A DNA stretch of 64,000 bases, taken from assembly GCA_002633005.1 (NCBI GenBank), contig NMRA01000770.1, positions 30,352 through 94,351 of the forward strand, given 5' to 3'. This document shows, piece after piece, positions 13,901-25,900 of the stretch (its first letter is position 1; every line of letters starts with the position of its first letter). The position numbers and the translations under genes are program-made. The notes beneath the pieces were generated by a model. It was not told where the DNA came from. It saw only the letters and a list, made by a program, of their open reading frames with translations, and did no database searches. The DNA comes from Phoronis australis (taxonomy: Eukaryota > Animalia > Phoronida).

Positions 13901-16900
13901 TTCAAAGTCGGGGGAATTCCATCAAAATAGGGAGAATTTGATGCTTGTCTGAGAGTGGGAATTCTTCAAAATCAGAGAGCTTCTCACCTAAGTCAAATTG
14001 GTAGGGTTGGCAAACCCATTGTCACAGGGTCTGGCCTGATTTTTCGAATACATGTTTTATGTAGTGCACTGCAGTTGGAAACTCAGTGGGGGCAGACATC
14101 GTCGTTGGCAGTAGAAGTGTTGAAGGTGGCTTTGTTTTTGAAGTTCGCGAACATAAGAAGGGAATGAAGTGGCAAAGCATTCAAGTTCAAGTATTGTATT
14201 TTAAAGTAACGCCATCGTTTGGGACTTACAATGATTTGTTACTCACACTGCTAAACTACCATCTCCGAGGCCGTCAATGCCGTCAGCAATTCATTGTTAT
14301 TGTCAGTGTTTTACCTCTATTAAATCAAACACTTGAGTTTCGTCTCTGATAGTATGCCCAATTTTGTCAATTGGAACATGAAGCTGTCAAGGGAAAGGTA
14401 GTTCGTACAACTGTAAGAGAAATCACTGTAACTCATTACTGGTAATGGTATAAAGTTGTCAAAAATTCACAAAATATTTTGTAGTTCTTCAAATCAGAGA
14501 AACTGAGAACAAAAGTTTAAAGCTAATGTTTGAATATGTTAAGAGTATTCTTTGTGGCCTTTGCCCTTCAGTTTGTTTGGCTTAAGAATTTATGTGTAAT
14601 TTTTAACAAACTCTGCACTATTCTACAAATTTTGGCATAGCCATGATTCTGAAAAGATATCACAAGCTGAGACAAGTAAAGTTTTATCAACCATAGCTTC
14701 TGCAGTTGTCTTGTTTATGTCACCAGGGGGTGTTGGACCTGCTGGCTAATCGGTGTCTGGCTTCTGGCACAAACGCGTGGACGGACACTGACCACACCTG
14801 CTACACGATGACCACTGCAGGCAGTGAAGGGTTCTTGACACTCATGCCTATATATCTTGACCACATTCTCTACCCTACGCTTACTGTAAGTTATTGGCAT
14901 GAACAAGTATGTATCCACATGGATAACAGCCACATGCAGGGATCATGCATTTTGAGAACCAGTATTCTCCACTGAGCGACTGGCACCAAACTGGTTCTCT
15001 TAATGCGGGATCCCTGTTAGTGGCTATTGTCTTGGTATCCTTAGCCTTATACGAAGCAAACACAGTATTCGGGATACGGGGTACTTTACACGAAATGCGC
15101 TTTATAAATGTTTCAAATAAACACAGAAAATTAGGAACCCCAACTTGGAATCGAACCACAGGTCTCTAGATTGCAGGTCTAGTGCTCTCACCACTGAGCT
15201 ACTGAGGACCTATATATGTGCAATTACAGTCAATGGTTACGTCATAAATCCCATGAGTGGCATTTCGCCTTATTCACATGAGTTTTAGACATTAGACCGT
15301 CAATCTAGAGACGTGAGGTTCGATTCCCAGTTGAGGTTCCTGATTTTCTGTGTTTTTTTGATATATTTCTCTGCTGGCCAACCTGAGCATCTATGTATTT
15401 ACTATATCTAATTATTAAGGTTCTTGTTGGTAACAGTGCAGTTCTACCCACAATCAAATCCGGTTGTATGTAGAACGTTTCTGTGTAACAGACTCGGCCC
15501 AAATAACAAGTCAGATTTTGTCTTACCCCAGTGCCAGTTTTACAATACTTTAAAGTGTGTACACTTTCTGAGTTGACAAGATCTCCAACTTCAGACTATG
15601 ATAACAGCAGGCTGGTGGAGCACACTGATGCGTTCTACACTCAGTGCAGTCGTGGTTAATCCTTGGAAAGTCTTATTTCAGATCTTTTTCATGACTTGAC
15701 TTTAATAATATATGTAAAGAGGTACGTGTAAATGAATGTGTGATGATTCACATGCACATGCGCTCATACACACACGTAGACACTCACCAACCAATGCTCA
15801 GTCTGACAGTGAATTTGAAGCGGGCTATCATTCAGAGAAACTAAAGACCCTAAGGATTAAAGAAATTTGGGTTGACGAGAGATGATAAATAAGTAAATTT
15901 TGCATTTTTGGAAAATAACCATCGACTTTTAGCCGACCTTTATTTCAACACTTTAGGTATTTTTTGTAATGAATGCAGAATTAAAACAACTTGGAGTCCT
16001 GTGTGCATGTGGCAACATAATGGTCAAATTAGCTGTGACTCACTGAGGTGCGCACATCATCTTGCTTTGAAATTTCTTTATACTCTAACTGCAATGCCCC
16101 CTGTAGGACTCTGCATTCATTACGGAGGTTCACCATGTGAATGGAGAGGGCGAGGACGCCGGTGTAGTCTACTGTGAGATGCAAGGCTGTGAGAACACGG
16201 GCGAGAACCGCACTCACCTTACCATGTTGCGGGAGATTTACCCAGGCAAGTGCGGTTACAAATCCGAGACGGGAGGAAGGATGGAGAACTTGAGGAAGAG
16301 TACAACCAATGAAAAGGTTAGTATGGGGTGTTATGGTGAGTGAGGTCTATGTCAGTATGAGGGAGGTCTATGTGAGTATGAGGTGGCATGGTGAGGGAGG
16401 TCTGTGTGAGTATGGGGTGTCATGGTGAGGGAGGTCTAAGTGAGTATGGGGGGTCATGGTGAGGGAGGTCTATGTGAGTATGGGGGTCATGGTGAGGGAG
16501 GTCTATGTGAGTATGGGATGTCATGGTGAGGGAGGTCTACGTGGTGTACTTAGATGCTGTATGTGAGATCGAGTCGACAAAACAAATTTGTAAAGTGGTT
16601 GAGGGGGCACCTTGCTAGATCGTTGAGTCTTCTTTTTTACCATCTGCTTCTGTATTCACTAACCCCTCTGAGGATTGTTATGGAAAGTGAAGGATATGTT
16701 CCTATAGACATGAGCACCACTGGTGGGGATTTTCAGGTGAGTCCAACTACTGTGGTACCCCTGATGACGTCATTTAATTTGCATCTGTGGTCCTATCTAC
16801 TAAACCCCTTGCAAGATCACAATTTGTTGAGTCTAGTCCTATTCCTATTCCTATCAACCTGATAGCAGATGGAGGGATTGGAATACTGCTGTGCCCTCTG

Positions 16901-19900
16901 GTGGCAATTTGTTTTTTACATCTGCCTCTGTATCTTTAGAGTCCTTTGATTGGTGTATTTTCATGAAAGTTGACAAATATTTCTGTAATAGAGAGGCGAT
17001 GAAGCTTTCTCAATTGTGGTCGGGTTTTTATGTATTCTGCGCCATCTGATGGCAATTTTCCTGTTATGAAAGAACACCATTAGGAGCACACTATTTGCCT
17101 TGCAGTTATGGGCGCAATTCGATACTCTGCATTGCTCTTGTTTTATATTCTATTATTTTTACTGTTGACTAAGTCTTTGGTGTAATTTTAGGTGCGAAGC
17201 TACCACAAGACATTCTACCGTCCAGAGAACCTGTGTCTTGTCATCACTGGGCAAATTGAGGCAACTAAGGTGTTTGAATCTCTCAAGCCTTTTGAGAATA
17301 AAATCCTCTCAAAGGTAACATATTATAGTATTCAGTTGTCATGCACATTCCTTGCACTGTAACTAGTATCAACAAACTGCTACATGAGCCTGGTGCAAAT
17401 TACAAATCCTTTCAGAAGTTATTAACAAAAATTTAAAGCGGCTGCAAACTCGTATCCCGTCCAAGAAGCGAATTTTTGACTCAGACCACTGACTACTATT
17501 AAGCTGGTCTTGACTCGTCCCTTGCTTTGTTGAGAAATGATTTCTGGGTTTACAAAGAAGTGATATTTTCATCGAGATCATGCTTGTCACATAAAATGAC
17601 AAACCGTGGCAAGCCAACTTGTAGAGCCTGATACCAAGCAATAACAAATGAAGCAAGCCAACCTGTAGAGCCTGTTATCGAGCAATAACAATCCGTGGCT
17701 AGCCAACCTGTAGAGCCTGATACAGAGCAATAACAAACGGGGCAAGCCAACCTGTAGAGCCTGTTATCGAGCAATAACAAACCGTGGCTAGCCAACCTGT
17801 AGAGCCTGATATAGAGCAATAACAAACGGGGCAAGCCAACCTGTAGAGCCTGATATCAAGCAATAACAAACTGTGGCTAGCCAACCTGTAGAGCCTGATA
17901 TCAAGCAATAACAAACTGTGGCTAGCCAACCTGTAGAGCCTGATAACGAGCTATAACAAACTGCCAGTTCTTTCATAGCCCTCAAATCATATACCAAATT
18001 TGCCTCATGGAAAAATTTGGGGCCTATTTATAACTAAGTGGTCGAAATCTAAATTGTTTTGTGACGAAGAGCAGGATTAAAGACGCCTTCAAGTGAAACT
18101 TGCACGCTTATTCTTTAGTTCTGCAATTGCTTGGTCAAATTAGTTAGAAACACAAGATTTTGCTGTGAATGTGACAGAGGTTGGTTGAAAATTGGCAATT
18201 TTTTTTGTGTTGAAAACGGTCCACCCCAAATCACTCAACTGTGTCCAGTAAGTATGGTGACATTTTGGCGAATAACTCTGCATGAGGCAGGCTATGTGAG
18301 CCAACGAGGTACGTCGTTAGTGCAAAGGTCACGTACTTGCAGATTTTTTTGTTTTGTTTTCGCATTTACAAGCTGTCAATGAATATAGCTGTATTGTGCT
18401 TAGCATAAATTATGTTAAGTAGCATTGTGAGTCGTCTAGTTTCTGCTGTACATTAGCATAGCAAATACACCTTTACAGTGTGCCAGCTCATCTCAACTAA
18501 CTCCAACTTTTTTGTTACATATGGCTTGCACACTCCTTGTTGATCATTTCCTTAGAGTTAAACTGAGAATGACTACTGCAACAATACGCAGACATTAGAG
18601 GCGGAAAAGGCAAACGTTCATTGTCATTCGAAGTATTCTGTTGGATATATGTGAATGCGCTATCACAAACCTCAACGTGGGCATAGTATCTGTGATTCAG
18701 AGATGCGGCACTTGGATTAAAAATGTCACAATTTATTGAATTGTTCTTAGAAATTACTACAAAATAGGAATCTGTCAGTATCAAACAAAACCTTCACGTT
18801 GATTTGACGTATGTAGACATAGTGTTCAAGGAATTGAATTTCACTTTTTTGCAAAATTTGCAATTATGTAAATTTTTTTTATTTAAGTTTTGTATTGCTG
18901 AGTTTACAATGTCATTCATGGTAACTGTACTTTGTTATTGCATTTCTTACCAGGGAAAACTCCCAGACCATGTTAGGCCTTGGCAAAGCTCGGTACCTAA
19001 ACTCCCCTCTACTGTGGAAAAGCTGCACCCGTATCCTTCTGATGATGAGGAACATGGAATGGTCTATATTGCATGGAGGGGACCAAAGGCTAATGTACGT
19101 ATTCAGCAATTTTATTGATCTGGTTTAACTGTCTTCTTTGCACAGGCATTTTCATTGTTTTATATTTTGCCTTAGTTTGTTAGATATTCGTTTTTTTATA
19201 AGCTGTATACTCTTCTATTCTACCCTAACTTACAAATTTGCAAGTTGTTTTTTCATGAATCATAGTTGTATCCAATTATAGTTTTCAATACAGTTCTCGA
19301 CCATGCCCCCTGTTGGTGTTCATAGGCACCTTTGTAAAATCACTTGATTACAGTGTTGACCCTGTGCTGTCAAACAAATAGAGCCTGTGGATCTGCCTTC
19401 CCGTGTTTTTTGGTTTCATTTCAGTCTTAATGAATCTACCTCTCTGGAAATCAATATTACAACCGAGGTAAAAAGACACGGCGTTGGACAGCTGTTGTGA
19501 TCATGTTATTGAAAAATATTTGATTAGCTTTTAAGCTAAATGTCCAGTTGTCATGGTTACGTTGTTGCGTCTGTTTCCAGGAGCAACTCCGATTTTCTGC
19601 TGTTCTTATTCTACTGGAGTACCTGACGGACACGTCAATCTCACCTCTACAGAGGGACTTTGTCGAGCGGGAAGACCCTTATTGCAGCAAGGTAGCCTTG
19701 TTAGCTGTCAGTCAATTGACGAATGTGGAAGTTTTGATTAATTCCATACGTACACATTTTTTCGGGAAGAAATTAAATAAAAAATTTCTCTCGTCACATA
19801 TTATTGATAGTTGTGAAAAACATTGACTTCAAAATTTCAAGAAGTGTGGTTTTGTTATTGTTTTGTGGGATTTTCACAAAGATTTAGACAATATTGAAAT

Positions 19901-22900
19901 AAGTTAGTCTTCAACAAAGCAAGATTCAAGCTTTTTGTGACACCTCTAGATTATTCCATTTTGTATAACTTTTCTGCTTCAAATCTCAGTGACTTCATGT
20001 TTTATTGCATTTAATGTATATTACATTATCTCATAACAAACAAATACCTTTATGGTTCATGATGCCAAAAGTCCAAGAGTCTTGTCAAACAGCGTCTTGC
20101 CTCAAAACCAAACTTTTTGATTTGACAAGGAAATTTCTAATTTTGGTCTTTTAGTATTAACAGTTATAACATCGGTCTCACCGTGTTGCTTTCTTAGATT
20201 AGAACTGAATTTTAGTTCTGAAAAGAATTGATCAGAGCAAATTAGTTGGTTGCCGTGGCTGGTTGATGTCCGGTGCTAAGGCAGTATCACTGCCGGGAGA
20301 ACAGCAGGAGGTTCGAAACGGAGGATGAGGTCTGTATCTGATTGGTTTTGAAGAACAAATTTTTGCAGTGAAAGCGGATGTTTTTTAAAACCAGAACATG
20401 GTTTTGAGTATTGTGTAACTGACAAAATTTGAATAGTTTTATGGCCTTTCAGTACAAAGGCAAAGTTCCTCGAAATCTGAATGTAGTAGTAATAAAAGTC
20501 GTGATATGAGCCAAGTTTATAGAAATTATATTTCGAATTACTTCCGCTGTGAACTGATGCAAAGGAACTTTATCTGTTTAGTTTTTCAATTCTTGTTCTT
20601 GTGGTTTATTTAAGTCTTTACCTTAACACTAACAGGTTCGCTATTCCATCATTGAGAACTCAGAAGGGTGTATTTACTTGAAGTTTGAAAACGTTCCCAC
20701 CGCCAAGATAAAGGAAATCAAACCACGGTTTGTTTCTTTGCAATTACTTCCCGCTTTCAGCGCACTAAGCATTGAGTGTTTTCAAATGAGATTTTTTTCT
20801 GATGTACTTTGTAAGAGTTTTAACCTGATTTTTAAATTATGTTTTGGTAAGTTGCGCACATGGCCGATAAACCGGTAATGGTCGGATATAACGTACCTGC
20901 AGTTTGAGAACCAGTTCTCTCCACTGAGTAACTGGCTTTAAACTGGTTCTCATAATGTGGGCACACTATATCTGACTATTGCTTGTAAATCTACTCATAC
21001 CATCACGACAACTCACCAGTTAATTGTGCTGTAAAATGTAAAGGCGCCCGAGCAGGCGGCAAAACTGAAATCGTGAGCAGACGACTTTTAATTGTCAATG
21101 TACGTCTGTATCAGATGCTTCAAGAGTCGTTACAATCTGCCTAGTTCCCTTTTTTTGAGTTACTTAGCCAAAAGGTGACACTCATTTATCAACATGACTC
21201 ATGCAGGAGACTGTCTTCAGCTTGTCTGTGTCTGTCAGCAGTTTGTTTGATGTTCTTGCCAAGAGGTGGCGATCGATCGATGAAAGCACAGAATTCATGG
21301 TAGAACGCACGTTATAGGTTTTGTTAAGGTAGAACTTTATAAAACATGGATAAATCCCTGGCCATGCCTTTAAAGTAATGTGAATCTGTACGCTTAAAAA
21401 TTTGGTTGCATTCCGTGATAACGTTTGGGCTGGCTTGTTGTTGTCGCTTGTTTGATTTTGTCTTGTCTTTTCCAGGCTAATGGAGACTTTGGAAGGTCTG
21501 GTCAACCGGTCTGAGCCAATCAACGAACAGAGGATGAGCGATGTAATTCAGAAGAGGATACTAGAGTCATTGAGTCAGGTAGGCTTGGGATGANGGACCC
21601 AGTCGGTGTGAGTGGGGGGGTGACTAGAGTCACTGAGTCAGGTAGGCTTGGGATGAAGGGACCCAGTCGGTGTGAGTGGGGGGGTGACTAGAGTCACTGA
21701 GTCAGGTAGGCTTGGGATGAAGGGACCCAGTCGGTGTGAGTGGGGGGGTGACTAGAGTCACTGAGTCAGGTAGGCTTGGGATGAAGGGACCCAGTCGGTG
21801 TGAGTGGGGGGGTGACTAGAGTCACTGAGTCAGGTAGGCTTGGGATGAAGGGACCCAGTCGGTGTGAGTGGGGGGGTGACTAGAGTCACTGAGTCAGGTA
21901 GGCTTGGGATGAAGGGACCCAGTCGGTGTGAGTGGGGGGGTGACTAGAGTCACTGAGTCAGGTAGGCTTGGGATGAAGGGACCCAGTCGGTGTGAGTGGG
22001 GGGGTGACTAGAGTCACTGAGTCAGGTAGGCTTGGGATGAAGGGACCCAGTCGGTGTGAGTGGGGGGGTGACTAGAGTCACTGAGTCAGGTAGGCTTGGG
22101 ATGAAGGGAGCTAGTCAGTGTGAGTAGGAGGACTGTAAAGATTGTTGAACAGCCCCATTGCAAAGCATGACTTTATTTTCAGCGCACATATAAATTTGTG
22201 ATCTTTGTTCTGCTTTTGTGATCCAAAAATCATTATTTATCAGAAAAAAGAAACGGATCGGAATCAAATTAGTGAACGATTCTCGTTTTCTGTTATACTG
22301 TTGTCAGAATGGAGCTCATAGTTTTTTAATTTTGAACTTTTTTATTTTATCTTACTTTGATGTTCGCCGTTTTTGACCCAGTGACGTAGCACACAGTAGA
22401 ACTTAAAAGATGGCCTGGTTTGGAGCTTTAATTGACGAAACGCATTTTAATGTGTAACAACCTGCCGTAACCGACAGCACGAGTTACTCGTCGTATTTCC
22501 GGGATCCAAACTTACGAAAATAAACATGATTTTACATGTACTCCAAAATAAAATGACCGTTCCTTATGTAATTGCTCTGCGCATGCCAATAGGAAGTGTG
22601 TGTTTACAAATTAAACAACTATGAGTGATGCGGTAATAGCAAGCCTATCATAAGAACCCGGGACGTTAAACGTATAATATTATTTGTGACCGTTTCGGCT
22701 TACTCCAATGTCAGAGCGTGTAACCAAATTAAATCATTATTCTCTTGTAGCTTGAGGAGGACCCACATGACAAGTTTGCGTTTGTTGCTATCGGCGACTT
22801 CTTGTATGGGAACACGAAAGATGAGGTACTGGCTGAAAAATTATTTATAGTTTGCAGCTGGATTTAATCGAGTTTAGTTTCTAGGTATAGAATCTGATGT

Positions 22901-25900
22901 ATTTTGTATGTTTTTCTGTAAAATATGGGTTTTGAAAATGCAGTCATAGTTTGAAAAGTCAAAAGACCTGGTGCAGTTATTTTGTACATTGGTTTGTTGC
23001 TATGGTGAATGACTTGTTTTATACAGCAGCAAAACGGAAAATTTTCATTTTTTCTTAGACTATACATAAATGAAGGCAAGTGCAGTCGGTATGTTTGGCT
23101 TTAAGGTGGATCTTTACGTATTGCTAGTGTTTCTTTGTTTGTTTGTTTGTTTGTTTCCGTGAAACAGGCTCAGTGTGCGATGTGCAGTAGGAAGTGAGAA
23201 AGTCAGATTCTCACTTATAGTTCTGCAGTGCTGTTGCTATACTTTCTCCACTCCACTCTTCGGATAAGTCACATTTTGTCTGCTTGTATCCAACTTATTC
23301 GAGTGTTTGCTTACTTCCAGCTAGAGGAGAGGGTGAACCAGGTGGACAACTTCAAGAAGTTGAAGAAGGAGCCCATGTCGTTTTGGACGAGCCTGCTGCA
23401 GACCTACTTTGTGGGCACCAAGTGTGTGGCTGTGTTAGCTGAGCCCAGCACTGGACTGATGGAGGAGTTGGCGGCGGTGGAGAAGGAGCGGGTGAAGGGG
23501 CAGCAGGAGCATCTGGGGGAGGCGGGGCTGAAGGAANCTATGAAGGAAAAGTTCCAAGTAGAAATTTGTTTCTGGCATTCTAATGCTGTGCTAATCTCGT
23601 ATGTTGGTAAATTTTGTTTTTAATTCTATGTTTCTGTGGTGCTTTAAGCAGCTGGTGTATAGGATGTGCTTGTATTATGAAGATTACTCACATTTTGCCC
23701 CTAGCCTATTGAGGAGACAAGGACCATGCCTTTCCATTTTGCAAAGTACAACATACTACATATATGCCCTCTACTGGCCACTTTATAGTACCAATAAACA
23801 ACCCTAGAAGGATACCATATGCGGTGCAATTGTGGGCGCATTTCAACGCTCTGCGTTGCTCTTGTTTGTTTTGTTTTCACATTTACAAGCTGTCAATGAA
23901 TATAACTGTATTGTGCTTAGCATAGATTATGTTCAAGTAGCATTGTGAGTCGTTTAGTTTCTGCTATACATTAGCAAAGCAAATACACCTTTACAGTGTG
24001 CCAGCTCATCTCAACTAATTCCAACTTTTTTGTTACATATGGCTTGCACACTCCCTGTTGACCATTTCCTTAGAGTTAAACTGAGAATGACTACTGCAAC
24101 AATACGCAGACAATAGAGCCGGAAAAGGCAAATGTTCATTGTCATTCGAAGTATTCTGTTGGATATATGTGAATGCGCTATCACAAACCTCAATGTGGGC
24201 ATAGTATCTGTGATTCAGAGATGCGGCACTTGGATTAAAAATGTCACAATTTATTGAATTGTACTTAGAAATTGCTACAAAATAGGAATCTGTCAGTATC
24301 AAACAAAACCTTCATGTTGATTTGACGTATGTAGACATAGTGTTCAAGGAATTGAATTTCACTTTTTTGCAAAATTTGCAATTACCGTATTCGCCGTAAT
24401 AACCGCCCATGCCCCTATAAGCGCCCCCCCACGCGTTTTCAGACTTTGCTGAAATAAGCGCCCAGTCCATGAACGTGTACATGCGAACAATGACGTACCT
24501 ACAGTCCTAAAACTCGGCTACAGTAACGTCTTCAACTTATCAAAAAATTTTTGCACGGGTCTTCTAGACCACAAGCGGCACTGCTACGTTTGTATTTAGC
24601 CGTGACAAAGTAACGCAGCGCTTCAAAAAGAATGCAACAGCGTTGCTACGTTCTCGCGACGACCGTGTCCCATGGTCTGACCTTTCAGTAGACACATGAC
24701 TGTCTCATGAACAAAAATAACTCGGTGTTAAACGCACGTGGCCAGGAAGCGCGCGCTACATAACCTGTCATCAAAGACATTAGTTGGGAACTATCCATTC
24801 ATGAAGCGGGTAGCATAGCATCGATAAGAAATGAATATTGGAACTAATTTCCGACAATTTCTAATACTATCAACATGTTTGCGTTATTTTTGAGATGGAT
24901 AGTTTGATTAACCGTAACTGGTGTTATTAAGCCGAATATCCGATAAAATGACAACCGACAGTGAATGCTTACACACCCTTACACCGAAAAATAACTGTTA
25001 GATAGTTACGTACGCATCCAGCTACACGGCGACTAATATGGGCTTTGCCGAGACAAATGTCGAAAGTTTTTAGCACGGGAGACCGGCAAGTGCTGAATGA
25101 AACACGCTCTGGTTTAGGTCTACTGCTTGTGCAAATTTCTTTAGACACATCTAGCTAGTTAGATTGCGTGGCTCTGGCCGAAAGAAGGTCTCTGCTTTGG
25201 CAAATGAACTCCGTTGACACGCACGCGCTCGCTTACTCGCATGCAGACGAACTTCAAAACAAACGTCACGTGACAACAACTTTGTGTTCGGCCAGACATT
25301 TTTCTCGCCGTGTTGCCGATCATACATGTACATGTAGATGGCACGATGTTGCACAGATTTATACTTACTGAACCTGTCGTTAATCCAGACTCCACGGGAA
25401 CTTAAAAACCTTAGAGACGCTACTTATAAAATTTAATGAGGATTTCAGGTATCGAAACCATTTTTATTCAAGCATTGAAGTCGCCATATCGAATACTGCG
25501 ATTTCGAAGCAGTCAGTTGGCGAGTTTTCGCNAAACCATTTTTATTCAAGCATTGAAGTCGCCATATCGAAGACGGCGATTTCGAAGCAGTCAGTTGGCG
25601 AGTTTTCGCTCTGGGATTTCAGCACAATTTTCTGTAAAATGATCGTAATTTAGCAGCAAAGTTTGATAGCAATGCACCACAGTTTTGTTGAAAGTCTTTA
25701 ATAGATTACATGCGTCACAGGGCGTAAATTTGATGAATCTTAGCTTCCGATTTCACCCGTTTCGGAGACCGGGTTTCAACCACCTTGGGTTATAATAAGC
25801 GCCCCCCCTGAACCGAACTTTTCTAAGCGCCCTGGGCGGTTAATACGGCGAATACGGTAATAACCTTTTCAAACAAATATTTTACTAAATGGTACTAGAC

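Noticed and set aside
15136-15209. Functional tRNA gene
   Set aside because: The acceptor and T stems pair poorly and the anticodon loop is non-canonical, so it is better treated as a tRNA-derived repeat.
21560-22130. Regular repeats as possible CRISPR arrays (also 38478-39431 and 48457-48705)
   Set aside because: The units are head-to-tail with no unique spacers, in eukaryotic introns, with no cas genes.
23860-23870. N-free junction read at first as a tandem duplication breakpoint with TTGT microhomology
   Set aside because: It coincides exactly with the HINE 3' terminus and its T-run target, so an insertion is more parsimonious. Kept only as an alternative.
25455-25610. 77-bp direct repeat inside the TA-site transposon
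   Set aside because: The copies flank a single N (25532), typical of an unmerged contig overlap.
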